NCBI GenBank assembly: GCA_038533575.1
Contig: JBCAYL010000001.1
Location: 274,226-338,225 of the forward strand
Direction of reading: 5' to 3'
Length of the DNA stretch: 64,000 nt
Source: Pseudomonadota bacterium
GTDB lineage: Bacteria > Pseudomonadota > Alphaproteobacteria > Rhodobacterales > Rhodobacteraceae
Made by a program: the position numbers and the translations under genes. This document shows, piece after piece, positions 1 through 8,557 of the stretch. The notes under the pieces were generated by a model. The model had not been told where the DNA came from. It searched no databases and worked only from the letters and a program-made list of their open reading frames with translations. Each line of letters opens with the position of its first letter. The stretch's first letter is position 1.

Positions 1-58
1 TGGCGGGGTGAATGTGCCCTACGGCGAGGGCGCGCCCTACCGCGAGGCCGCCGAGTGA
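1..58 (+). CDS. 3' end of an unidentified CDS entering from the left edge
   Basis: The frame starting at nt 2 is open (GGVNVPYGEGAPYREAAE*) to TGA 56-58, with G/C-rich third positions. A hairpin and T-run follow at 68-94. Too short to name. Confidence 0.3.
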   Translation, partial: GGVNVPYGEGAPYREAAE

Positions 59-67
59 TGTGGGAGT

Positions 68-94
68 GGGTGGGCCCGCCCACCCGCGCCTTTT
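68..94 (+). terminator. putative intrinsic terminator of the upstream gene
   Basis: GGGTGGG (68-74) pairs with CCCACCC (79-85) around a 4-nt loop, with TTTT at 91-94. It lies inside the N-terminal extension of track ORF 12..1088, which argues for the ATG at 141. Confidence 0.45.
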
Positions 95-140
95 CGGGGG
101 CTCTGCCCCCGGACCCCCGAGGTACAGGGCACAAAGAAGC

Positions 141-1088
141 ATGGCTGAGGCGGTAGAGGCATTCGCACGGGGACTTTACGACTATTCCGGGCCGATGAAC
201 GGCTTGTCCGGGGCCGTCTGCCGGATGCCCGAGCCGTTTGGAACCCGTGACGCGGCCGGGCTTTGGGATGTGTATGCGGAGCTCGGCGCGGCCTGGCCCG
301 ATCTGGAGCGGCGGCGTTACATCTCGATCGCCGGCGTGGACGGGCAGGGTCTCCCGTGGGTTGGCGAAGCGGGCACCTATGTCGGCACCTTTGCCGGGGA
401 TTGGCTCGGCATTCCGGCCACGCGGCGCACGGTGCACATGCGCTTTCACGAGTTCTTTCGTCTCGACGGCGCGGACATCGTGGAGACGCAGTTCGGCTGG
501 GACATCCCCGAAGTCATGATGCAGGCCCGCGCCTGGCCCATGGCGCCGTCGCTCGGGCGCAACTGGTGTGTTCCGGGGCCTGCGACCTCTGACGGGATTT
601 CGCCTGGCGGGGAGGGAGCGGCGGCAAAAGAGCTCGTGCTCGAGATGCTTGGCGCCATGTCCCGGCACCCGGCAGAGGGCGGGCCCGAGGTCATGGAGAT
701 GGAGCGCTTCTGGCACCCGAAGATGCACTGGTACGGCCCGGCCGGGATCGGAACGGCGCGGGGCATCGCAGGCTTTCGCCGCCAGCACCAGATCCCCTTC
801 CTGGCCGCCATGCCCGACCGCGGAAAGTATCGCGAGGAGATGGTCTACCACTTCTTCGCCGAAGGAAATTACGTGGGCGTCACGGGCTGGCCCAACATGC
901 GCCAGACGCTGAGTAACGCGGGCTGGCTCGGGCTGCCGGGGGTGGGCCGCGAGGTCACGCTCAAGTCGCTCGATTTCTGGCGCATCGAGAACGGGCTCAT
1001 CCGCGAGAACTGGGTTCTCGTTGACCTCATCGATCTCTACCAGCAGCTTGGCATCGACGTCTTCGCGCGGATGGAGGAATTGCGATGA
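141..1088 (+). CDS. NTF2/SnoaL-like (ester-cyclase family) protein, apparently two tandem NTF2-like halves
   Basis: ATG 141 (MAEAVEAF...) follows the terminator. The C-terminal FWRIENGLIRENWVLVDLIDLYQQLG is a typical SnoaL/ester-cyclase ending. G/C-rich third positions. Stop overlaps the next gene start. Confidence 0.6.
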   Translation: MAEAVEAFARGLYDYSGPMNGLSGAVCRMPEPFGTRDAAGLWDVYAELGAAWPDLERRRYISIAGVDGQGLPWVGEAGTYVGTFAGDWLGIPATRRTVHMRFHEFFRLDGADIVETQFGWDIPEVMMQARAWPMAPSLGRNWCVPGPATSDGISPGGEGAAAKELVLEMLGAMSRHPAEGGPEVMEMERFWHPKMHWYGPAGIGTARGIAGFRRQHQIPFLAAMPDRGKYREEMVYHFFAEGNYVGVTGWPNMRQTLSNAGWLGLPGVGREVTLKSLDFWRIENGLIRENWVLVDLIDLYQQLGIDVFARMEELR

Positions 1089-1507
1089 TGGAGCAGCGCG
1101 TCTCGCTCATCACGCTCGCTGTCACTGACATGGCGCGGTCCGCTGCGTTCTACGAAGCCCTGGGCTGGGAGCGGAAAGAAACAGAGGATGCGGGCATCAC
1201 GGTCTTCGAGCTTCTCGGGCAGGTGCTGGGCCTCTATCCGGCCGAGGCGATGGCAAAGGACCTCGGCACCGCGGTGACGCCGGGCTTCTCGGGGATCACG
1301 CTGGGCTATAACGTCCGCGAAAAGGCGGAGGTGGCCGCGATCTGCGCGCTTGTCGTGCCAGCGGGCGGGCGGGTGCTCAAGGAACCGCACGACATTTTCT
1401 GGGGCGGGCATTCCGCCTTTGTCGCGGATCCCGATGGCTACGTCTGGGAGCTGAGCCACAACCCGTTCTCGCCGCCTGCCGAAGACGGCTCGTTCAGCTG
1501 GGGATGA
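1085..1507 (+). CDS. VOC (glyoxalase/bleomycin-resistance/dioxygenase) family protein
   Basis: 140 aa. The opening RVSLITLAVTDMARSAAFYEALGWE and the later DPDGYVWEL are classic VOC beta-alpha-beta-beta-beta signatures. Overlaps both neighbours (translational coupling). Confidence 0.8.
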   Translation: MMEQRVSLITLAVTDMARSAAFYEALGWERKETEDAGITVFELLGQVLGLYPAEAMAKDLGTAVTPGFSGITLGYNVREKAEVAAICALVVPAGGRVLKEPHDIFWGGHSAFVADPDGYVWELSHNPFSPPAEDGSFSWG

Positions 1508-2166
1508 GAGCGCCGCGCTCATACACCGCGCTCGAGGCGCTCGGGCGCGCGCGTCTGTCGCGGCATTTCGAGATGCGCAATTTTATGACCTCCGAGATTG
1601 CGAATTTCTACCGGCTGCAGAATTTCCCGTCCGACCCCGATCTGGCGCTTGCGGCAGGACGCAAGCTCGCCAAGCACTGCCTCGATCCGCTCGTGGAGAC
1701 CTTCGGCCCCATCGACATCCGCTCGGCCTACCGCTCGCCGGAGATGAACGATTTTGGCGCGACGCAGGTGAACCCGCAGAAATGCGCGCGGAACGAGGCC
1801 AATTACGCGCATCACATCTGGGATGTGCGCGACGCCAAGGGCCGGATGGGGGCCTGCGTCTCGGTGGGCGTGCCGTGGTTTGCCGCGCAGTATCGCCGGG
1901 GGCGCGACTGGCGCGATCTGGCCTGGTGGCTCTTCGATCATCTGCCGTTCCAGGAGGTCTATTTCTTTCCGAAGAACGCGGCTTTCAACATCCATTGGCG
2001 GGAGGGCCATTTGGCCCATCGCATCCTGAGCTATGCCCGGCCCAAGGGAACGCTCTTCAAGCCGGGGATGACGCCGGACCCCGAGAGGACCCAGCGCTAC
2101 GCCGATTTTCCGCCCTTCCGCGGGATCACTTATCCCGCCATCCCCGGAGACCACGATGCTGCCTAG
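1504..2166 (+). CDS. hypothetical protein, possibly peptidase M15-like zinc hydrolase fold
   Basis: 220 aa. IRSAYRSPEMN followed by HHIWD resembles the SxYRSxxxN / HxxxxxD pattern of M15 D-Ala-D-Ala carboxypeptidase-like proteins. The assignment is tentative. Coding-like codon bias. Confidence 0.5.
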   Translation: MRAPRSYTALEALGRARLSRHFEMRNFMTSEIANFYRLQNFPSDPDLALAAGRKLAKHCLDPLVETFGPIDIRSAYRSPEMNDFGATQVNPQKCARNEANYAHHIWDVRDAKGRMGACVSVGVPWFAAQYRRGRDWRDLAWWLFDHLPFQEVYFFPKNAAFNIHWREGHLAHRILSYARPKGTLFKPGMTPDPERTQRYADFPPFRGITYPAIPGDHDAA

Positions 2167-2902
2167 GACCCCCTCTTTCAGGCTGGACGGAAAGCGCGCG
2201 CTCGTGCCGGGCGGCTCTCGTGGCATCGGGCTGGGCTGCGCGGCGGCGCTCGCCGAGGCGGGCGCGCATGTTGTGCTCGCGGCGCGGAGCGCGGGGCAGG
2301 TCCAGGAGGCTGCGGAGGCCTTGCAGTTGGCCGGATATGCAGCGGAGGGCGTGACGCTCGACGTCACGGATCGCGCCGCCGTTCGTGCCGTCTGCGCAGA
2401 GCCGTTCGACATTCTCTGCAACTCCGCCGGGCTCGCGCGCCACGCCGCCATGCTCGACGTGACCGAGGAGGATTTCGACGCCGTCACGGCGATAAACTTC
2501 AAGGCCGCTTTCTTTCTCGCGCAGGAGGTGGCGCGGCAGATGCCGCGCGGCGGCTCAATCATCCAGATCTCGAGCCAGATGGGCCATGTGGGCGGGGTGG
2601 ACCGCAGCGTCTATGCCGCGACGAAGCACGCGGTGGAGGGGATGACGAAGAGCATGGCCATCGACCTCGGTCCGCGAGGCATCCGGGTGAACACGATCTG
2701 CCCTACCTTCATCCGCACGCCGCTGACGGAACAGACCTTTTCGAACCCCGAGCGCGTGAAATGGATCGAGGAGAAGATCAAGCTCGGCCGCGTGGGCGAG
2801 GTGGAGGACATCATGGGGGCGGTGACATTCCTCGCCTCGGACGCGGCCGCGCTCGTTACCGGCACGTCCATCCTCGTCGATGGCGGCTGGACGGCCGGAT
2901 GA
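2156..2902 (+). CDS. SDR family oxidoreductase
   Basis: 248 aa. Rossmann motif GGSRGIGLG and catalytic YAATKHAV (YxxxK). Typical classical short-chain dehydrogenase length. Confidence 0.9.
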   Translation: MLPRTPSFRLDGKRALVPGGSRGIGLGCAAALAEAGAHVVLAARSAGQVQEAAEALQLAGYAAEGVTLDVTDRAAVRAVCAEPFDILCNSAGLARHAAMLDVTEEDFDAVTAINFKAAFFLAQEVARQMPRGGSIIQISSQMGHVGGVDRSVYAATKHAVEGMTKSMAIDLGPRGIRVNTICPTFIRTPLTEQTFSNPERVKWIEEKIKLGRVGEVEDIMGAVTFLASDAAALVTGTSILVDGGWTAG

Positions 2903-2954
2903 CCCGCGCGCACGAATCTTTGCAAAAATTCGTGGCGCTGCGAGAGGCTGCGCC

Positions 2955-3944
2955 ATGACGAAGGTCACCTCCTTCGACGTCGCCAAGCGGGCGGGGGTGT
3001 CGCAATCGGCGGTGAGCCGGGTCTTTTCCGGCGCGTCTGCCTCGAAGGCCACGCAAGCCAAGGTGCGCGCGGCCGCCGAGGAGCTGGGCTACAGGCCCAA
3101 CGTGCTCGCGCGCTCGCTCATCACCGGGCGCTCGAAGATCATCGGGCTCGTCGTAGCCTACCTCGAGAATCCCTTCTACGTCGACGCGCTCGAGCGGCTC
3201 TCGAACGCGCTGCAGGCGCAGGGCTATCACATGCTGATCTTCACGGCGTCCTGGTCGTCGGATGTGGAGGCGGTGGTGCAGGAGCTGCTGGACTACCAGG
3301 TGGACGGGATCATCGCGGCCTCGGTGGCGATTTCCGACGGTCTGATGGATCGCTGTGCAGTGGCGGGGATCCCGGTCGTCCTCTTCAATCGCGGGCAGCC
3401 CGGGGGCGCGCTCACGCAAGTGACCTGCGCCAACCGCGCCGCCAGTGCGGGCATCGCCGATCACCTGGTGGCGCTCGGGCACCGCAAGATCGGGCATATC
3501 GCGGGCTGGGAAGGATCGCTCACCGGACGGGACCGGGCGGCGGGTTTTGCCGAGGGGCTGGCGCGCCACGGGCTCGAGGCGTCGGTGATCGCGGGCGATT
3601 ACAGCCGGGAGCGGGCACGGGCGGCGGCCTGCGCGCTCGTGGACGAGGCAGGCGTGGACGCGATCTTTGCCGGAAACGATCACATGGCGTTTGCGGCCCT
3701 CGACGCGCTCTGCCACGAACGCGGCATGAGAGCGGGCGAGGACATCTCCATCGTGGGCTTTGACGATGTGCCCATGGCGGCGTGGTCGGCCTATGATCTG
3801 ACGACGTGGCGCCAACCGTCCGGTCAAATGGTCGACGCCACCGTGGCGCGGATGATGGCGCTCATCGACGGGGATACCACGCCCCGCCGCGTGGAAATCG
3901 AGGGAGAGCTCATCGTGCGCGGCTCCACTCGCAAGAAAGGCTAG
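2955..3944 (+). CDS. LacI family transcriptional regulator
   Basis: ATG 2955 gives the N-terminal HTH MTKVTSFDVAKRAGVSQSAVSRVFSG and LGYRPNVLARSL, followed by a periplasmic-binding-fold effector domain. The track ORF start at 2880 overlaps the SDR gene and is unlikely. Confidence 0.9.
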   Translation: MTKVTSFDVAKRAGVSQSAVSRVFSGASASKATQAKVRAAAEELGYRPNVLARSLITGRSKIIGLVVAYLENPFYVDALERLSNALQAQGYHMLIFTASWSSDVEAVVQELLDYQVDGIIAASVAISDGLMDRCAVAGIPVVLFNRGQPGGALTQVTCANRAASAGIADHLVALGHRKIGHIAGWEGSLTGRDRAAGFAEGLARHGLEASVIAGDYSRERARAAACALVDEAGVDAIFAGNDHMAFAALDALCHERGMRAGEDISIVGFDDVPMAAWSAYDLTTWRQPSGQMVDATVARMMALIDGDTTPRRVEIEGELIVRGSTRKKG

Positions 3945-3946
3945 GC

Positions 3947-4894
3947 ATGCGCGGATTTTCCAACGAGTTCGAAGACTTCCCCGACTACATCCTGAAGATC
4001 ACCGAGGAGATCTGGGAGGGCCGTGGCCTCGGCGCGGCGATGAAGGCCTTCTACCACCCCGACGTGATCGTGCGCGTGCCGGCCGGCATCTCCACCGGTG
4101 AAGCGGGGATGACGCAGAACACGCTGGAGACGCTCGACGAATTCCCGGACCGCGTGCTTCTGGGCGAGGACGTGATCTGGTCCGGCTCGCCGGAGGAGGG
4201 GATGCTCTCCTCGCACCGCATCTTCTCCACGGCGACGCATCACGGCGGCAAGTTCGGCCCCGCGAGCGGCATCAAGCTGCGCTTCCGGGGGATGGCGGAT
4301 TGCTATGCCAAGGACAACCAGATCAGCGACGAATGGCTGGTGCGGGATAACGGCGTCATCGCCCGCCAGCTCGGCCACACGCCCGAGGCCTTCGTGCGCA
4401 CCGAGATGGAGGCAGGGCGGCCCATGGGCGCGTTCTTGCCCGAAAATGACATCACGGGACCCTATACCGGGCGTGGCAATGATGACCCCTGGGGGCACAG
4501 GTACGCCGTACTGCTCGAGCGGATCATGGGCGCGGAGATCAACGCCATCCACGAGAACTGGGACCGTGCCTGCACGCTCGAGTATCCCGGCGGGGTGAGC
4601 GCAACGGGCCGCGAGGCGGCGGATGCCTTCTGGCTCGGGCTGCGCAGCGCCTTCCCGGGCGCAGAGTTCAAGCTCCAGCACGTCATTGGGCGCGAGGACC
4701 CGCTCATGCCACCACGGGCCGCCATTCGGTGGAGCCTCGATGGCCTCCACGAGGGCTGGGGCAGCTTTGGCCGGCCCTCCGGCAAACGGGTGCATGTCAT
4801 GGGGATCTGTCACGCGGAGTTCGGTCCCTGGGGCTTGCGGCGCGAATGGGTTTGCTACGACGAGCTGGCGATCTGGGCGCAGATCCTCGCCTGA
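3947..4894 (+). CDS. NTF2/SnoaL-like protein (two tandem halves), distant paralog type of 141..1088
   Basis: ATG 3947 (MRGFSNEFEDF...) lies 3 nt after the lacI-family stop. Two ~140-aa segments each end in a SnoaL-like pattern (ISDEWLVRDNGVIARQLG; LRREWVCYDELAIWAQI). The 3806 start of the track ORF lies inside the regulator gene. Confidence 0.6.
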   Translation: MRGFSNEFEDFPDYILKITEEIWEGRGLGAAMKAFYHPDVIVRVPAGISTGEAGMTQNTLETLDEFPDRVLLGEDVIWSGSPEEGMLSSHRIFSTATHHGGKFGPASGIKLRFRGMADCYAKDNQISDEWLVRDNGVIARQLGHTPEAFVRTEMEAGRPMGAFLPENDITGPYTGRGNDDPWGHRYAVLLERIMGAEINAIHENWDRACTLEYPGGVSATGREAADAFWLGLRSAFPGAEFKLQHVIGREDPLMPPRAAIRWSLDGLHEGWGSFGRPSGKRVHVMGICHAEFGPWGLRREWVCYDELAIWAQILA

Positions 4895-5161
4895 CCGGCG
4901 GGTGATGGCGGGCGGGTGATTCTGGGGCCCTGGGCCGCCCGGCGCAGGATCGGGGGCCCGGGCCGGATTTTCTTCCGACACTGTGACACCGGGTGTTTGC
5001 CCCTGAATCCAACGCGATACGGCCGGAGGTTCATCGTAGCGTGCCGCATCATATGGATGCCGCCTTGACGCTATCCCCAAGATTGGCCTTATTTCACGAC
5101 ATCTGCTGACAAGTACGGGCGCGACCACGAATTATTGAGCGCCTTGTTTCTGGGGGTCATT

Positions 5162-6253
5162 ATGTTGACGCGTCTTTCGGCTGCTTTGGCCGGGATACTT
5201 GCCATATCTGCGGGGCTCGCAACCTCTGCCGCGGCCTGCGGCGGCACCTACACCGTGGCGCGGGGAGACTCGCTCACCCAGATCGCCAACGACCTCTACA
5301 AGGACGCGCGCAAATGGTCGGTGATCTACCAGACCAACGTGGCCCGCATCGGCGATGATCCCGAGCGGATCACGGTGGGCACACGGCTCACGCTCACCTG
5401 CATCGACGGGCTGCCCGCGGGGCTGGAGGACGGGCTGTCGCTCGACAAGATCGAGGCAGTGTCGGCACTGAGCGCGGTGCCCTTTGCTACGCCGGAGACG
5501 CGGGAGCGGATCAACCTTCTGACCGCGGATGACTATCGCCCCTTCACGGACCGCACGCTGCCCGGTGGGGGCATGTTCACCGAGATCGTAACTCGCGCCA
5601 TGGAGGCTGCCGCGCCCGACGACGGCTTCGCCATTCACTGGGTCAATGACTGGGCCTCCCATCACGATCCGCTGCTCTCGCAAGCGCTCCTCGACCTCGG
5701 CTTCCCCTGGTTCAAGCCCGATTGCGCGGCCAACCCGCGCGCCGCCCGCTGCGAGACGCTCGTTTTCTCGGAGCCTGTCTTCGAGGTGCTGACGCTCCTC
5801 TTTGTCCGCACGGGCGATCCGCTCACATTCTCGAGTGACAGCGATCTTCACGGCGCGTCGCTCTGCCGCCCGGCCGGCTATTCGACCTTCATCTTCGACG
5901 AAAAGGGGCGGAACTGGCTCGCGGACGGTCACGTCTCGCTGGATATGCCGGAGACCATCGAAGCCTGCTTCGAGGGGCTCGTCGCGGACGCCTATGACGG
6001 TGTCGTGCTCAACGAGTTCACCGGGCGCGAGAAGATCAACGCGCTGGGCCTCGCCGGGCAGGTGGAGGTCGCCGCCGGGCGGCCCATCGCCATCGACGGG
6101 CTCCACATCGTCGCGCACAAGGCGCATCCCGAGGCAGACGAGCTCATCGCGCTCGTCAATGCTGGCCTCGCCGAGATCAAGCGCGACGGGACCTACCAGC
6201 GCACCATCGACACGCACATGACCCGGATCTGGGCAGAATTGGCGGGCTCCTGA
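5162..6253 (+). CDS. LysM domain + family-3 solute-binding-like domain protein (exported)
   Basis: The track ORF begins at TTG 5135. ATG 5162 gives the signal/lipoprotein-like MLTRLSAALAGILAISAGLATSAAAC. This is followed by the LysM motif YTVARGDSLTQIANDLYKDARKWSVIYQTN and then ~270 aa of a periplasmic-binding-protein-like domain. Confidence 0.75.
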   Translation: MLTRLSAALAGILAISAGLATSAAACGGTYTVARGDSLTQIANDLYKDARKWSVIYQTNVARIGDDPERITVGTRLTLTCIDGLPAGLEDGLSLDKIEAVSALSAVPFATPETRERINLLTADDYRPFTDRTLPGGGMFTEIVTRAMEAAAPDDGFAIHWVNDWASHHDPLLSQALLDLGFPWFKPDCAANPRAARCETLVFSEPVFEVLTLLFVRTGDPLTFSSDSDLHGASLCRPAGYSTFIFDEKGRNWLADGHVSLDMPETIEACFEGLVADAYDGVVLNEFTGREKINALGLAGQVEVAAGRPIAIDGLHIVAHKAHPEADELIALVNAGLAEIKRDGTYQRTIDTHMTRIWAELAGS

Positions 6254-7275
6254 TGGGACATGTTCGCCATGCCGCCGCTGTGACGCTCGCGCTCCTCGGG
6301 GCGCCCGCCGCCGCTGACTGCGTCACCGCGCGGCACGTGGTGGCACCCGGTGAAACGATCTTTACCATCGCGGAGGGCTACTACGGCGCGCTCGAGCGCT
6401 GGTCGCTGATATACTACGCCAATGTCGAGGCGCTGGCAGACCCCCTCGACATCCCTGAGGGGACGGCGCTCGCCATCCCGTGCCCGCCCGGGGGCGAGAC
6501 ATTCGCCATGGAAACGACGCCCTTCACGCCCGACGCAGCGGAGATACGGCTTCTCACCGGGAGCAACTTCGCCCCCTTCACGGACCGCGACTGGCCGCTC
6601 GAAGGGATGGTCACGGAGCTCGTCGTGGCCGCTCTGGAAAAGGCGCCGGACGCCGTCAGCTTCTCCATCGACTGGAACGACGATTGGTCGGCCCATCTCG
6701 CGGCGCTGGATGACGCGGAGTTCGACATGGGCTTCCCCTGGGCGAGGCCCGATTGCGCCGCCATGGCCGAGCACCCGCACTGCGTGGCCTTTCACTTTTC
6801 CGATCCGGTCGTGGAGCTTCTGAGCCTGCTCTTCGTTGCGGAGGGCTCGGACCTCGTCTTTGAAGAGGACGGCGATCTCCATGGACAGACGCTCTGCCGC
6901 CCGGCGGGGCTTGCGACCTTCGATCTCGATAGCGCAGATCGCCGCTGGCTCACGGAAGGCCTCGTCGCGCTCGAGACCCCTGCCACGGCGCGGGATTGCT
7001 TCGATCTTCTGAGCGCCGGGGCGGTGGATGCCGTGGCACTCAACGAGTTCACCGGCTGGACGACCCTCACGGAGATGGGCCTGCGGGGCGCGGTCGCGCC
7101 GCTCCCCCGGCCGCTCGGTGTCGAGGGGCTCCACGTCATCATTCCAAAGCGGCACTGGCGCGGCACCACGCACCTTTACCGCATCAATGCTGGGCTCGCG
7201 CGGCTGAAGGAGAGCGCGCGCTACGACGAGATCGTCTCGCGTCACTTGGGGGTGTTCTGGGATCGGGTGAACTGA
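6253..7275 (+). CDS. LysM domain + family-3 solute-binding-like domain protein (tandem paralog)
   Basis: Signal peptide MGHVRHAAAVTLALLGAPAAADC and LysM HVVAPGETIFTIAEGYYG. Blocks align by eye with the previous gene (DLGFPWFKPDCAA vs DMGFPWARPDCAA; LHGASLCRPAGYSTF vs LHGQTLCRPAGLATF). TGATG junction with the upstream paralog. Confidence 0.75.
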   Translation: MGHVRHAAAVTLALLGAPAAADCVTARHVVAPGETIFTIAEGYYGALERWSLIYYANVEALADPLDIPEGTALAIPCPPGGETFAMETTPFTPDAAEIRLLTGSNFAPFTDRDWPLEGMVTELVVAALEKAPDAVSFSIDWNDDWSAHLAALDDAEFDMGFPWARPDCAAMAEHPHCVAFHFSDPVVELLSLLFVAEGSDLVFEEDGDLHGQTLCRPAGLATFDLDSADRRWLTEGLVALETPATARDCFDLLSAGAVDAVALNEFTGWTTLTEMGLRGAVAPLPRPLGVEGLHVIIPKRHWRGTTHLYRINAGLARLKESARYDEIVSRHLGVFWDRVN

Positions 7276-7333
7276 TCTTTCCATGAGCATCATGGCCGCG
7301 CGTTGCAGCCCGCGCGTCCAGACTGCGAGATGA

Positions 7334-7374
7334 AGCGCCACCCCGTTTGCAGCCCGGGGTGGCGCTTTTTCTTT
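7334..7374 (+). terminator. intrinsic terminator after the LysM-SBP pair
   Basis: AGCGCCACCCC (7334-7344) pairs perfectly with GGGGTGGCGCT (7356-7366). It is followed by TTTTTCTTT. Confidence 0.7.
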
Positions 7375-7428
7375 GGGCTTGAGGGGCGCGGCGCGGGCGG
7401 TAAGGTGGCCCCAAAAGAGGAGAGGCAG

Positions 7429-8556
7429 ATGATCAAGACGACCCATGTGGGCAGCTTGCCGCGAACCCAGAAAGTGGTGGATTTCATCTTCGCCCGCGAG
7501 AACGGCGCGGCCTATGACGAGGCCGAGTTTCAGGCGGCGATGACGGAGGCTTGCGCAGAAACGGTACGGCGGCAGGTGGCCGCGGGTGTGGGCGTGGTGA
7601 GCGATGGCGAGACCTCGAAGATCAGCTATGCCACTTACGTGAAGGATCGCTACACCGGCTTTGGCGGAGACAGCCCGCGCAACGCGCCCGCCGATCTGAA
7701 GCTCTTTCCCGGCTTTCTGAAGCGGCTCGCCGATGATGGCGGCACGCCGCAATACGCGCGGCCCATGTGCGTGGGGCCGGTGGCGTCAAAAGGGCAGGGC
7801 GAACTCGAGATCGACATCGCGAACCTCAAGGCCGGGATGGCCGCCCATCGCGCCGAAGAGGGCTTCATGAATGCGGCCTCGCCCGGGGTGATCTCGCTTT
7901 TCCTGCAGAACGATTATTACCCCACGCGGGAGGAATACCTCGCCGCGCTCGCCGACGCCATGCGGGAGGAATACCGCACGATCGTGGACGCGGGCCTCTA
8001 CCTGCAGCTCGATTGCCCGGACCTCGCGCTTTCGCGGCACATGCTCTTCGCCGACCTGACGGACGCGGAATTCCTGAAGATCGCGGCGAGCCACGTGGAG
8101 GCGTTGAACCACGCACTCGACGGCATCGATCCGTCCCGCGTGCGGGTGCATATCTGCTGGGGCAATTACGAGGGCCCCCATGTCTGCGACATCGACATGG
8201 CGAAGGTCTTTTCGACCTTCATGTCGGTGAATGCGGCGCAGCTCCTCTTCGAGACGTCCAATCCGCGCCACGCACATGAATGGACCGTCTTCCGCGATCG
8301 CGCGGGGGAGATCCCGGAAGACAAGGTGCTCGTGCCCGGCGTCGTCGATTCCACCACGAACTTCGTGGAGCATCCCGAACTCGTGGCCGAGCGCATCGCG
8401 AAGTTCGTTGGCATCGTGGGGGCGGAGCGCGTGATCGCGGGCTCCGATTGCGGCTTCGGCACCTTCGCGGGTTTCGGCGCCGTGGACCCGGATATCGCCT
8501 ATGCCAAGCTTGGCGCGCTTGCCGAGGGGGCCGAGCTCGCGAGCGCGCGGCTCTGA
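7429..8556 (+). CDS. cobalamin-independent methionine synthase II (MetE C-terminal-like) family protein
   Basis: ATG 7429 is preceded by AGAGGAGAGG. MIKTTHVGSLPRTQ is the hallmark opening of MetE-like/UROD-fold family proteins. 375 aa. The 7303 TTG start of the track ORF crosses the terminator. Confidence 0.8.
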   Translation: MIKTTHVGSLPRTQKVVDFIFARENGAAYDEAEFQAAMTEACAETVRRQVAAGVGVVSDGETSKISYATYVKDRYTGFGGDSPRNAPADLKLFPGFLKRLADDGGTPQYARPMCVGPVASKGQGELEIDIANLKAGMAAHRAEEGFMNAASPGVISLFLQNDYYPTREEYLAALADAMREEYRTIVDAGLYLQLDCPDLALSRHMLFADLTDAEFLKIAASHVEALNHALDGIDPSRVRVHICWGNYEGPHVCDIDMAKVFSTFMSVNAAQLLFETSNPRHAHEWTVFRDRAGEIPEDKVLVPGVVDSTTNFVEHPELVAERIAKFVGIVGAERVIAGSDCGFGTFAGFGAVDPDIAYAKLGALAEGAELASARL

Positions 8557-8557
8557 G

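Noticed and set aside
12-140. N-terminal extension of the first ORF (start at 12)
   Set aside because: The extension crosses the end of an upstream gene (TGA 56-58) and a hairpin/T-run (68-94). ATG 141 gives a sensible N-terminus.
5065-5094. Possible sigma70-like promoter (TTGACG-N17/18-CTTATT) upstream of the first LysM-SBP gene
   Set aside because: The -10 match is weak and there are no supporting data. It is noted only as a candidate and not listed as a feature.
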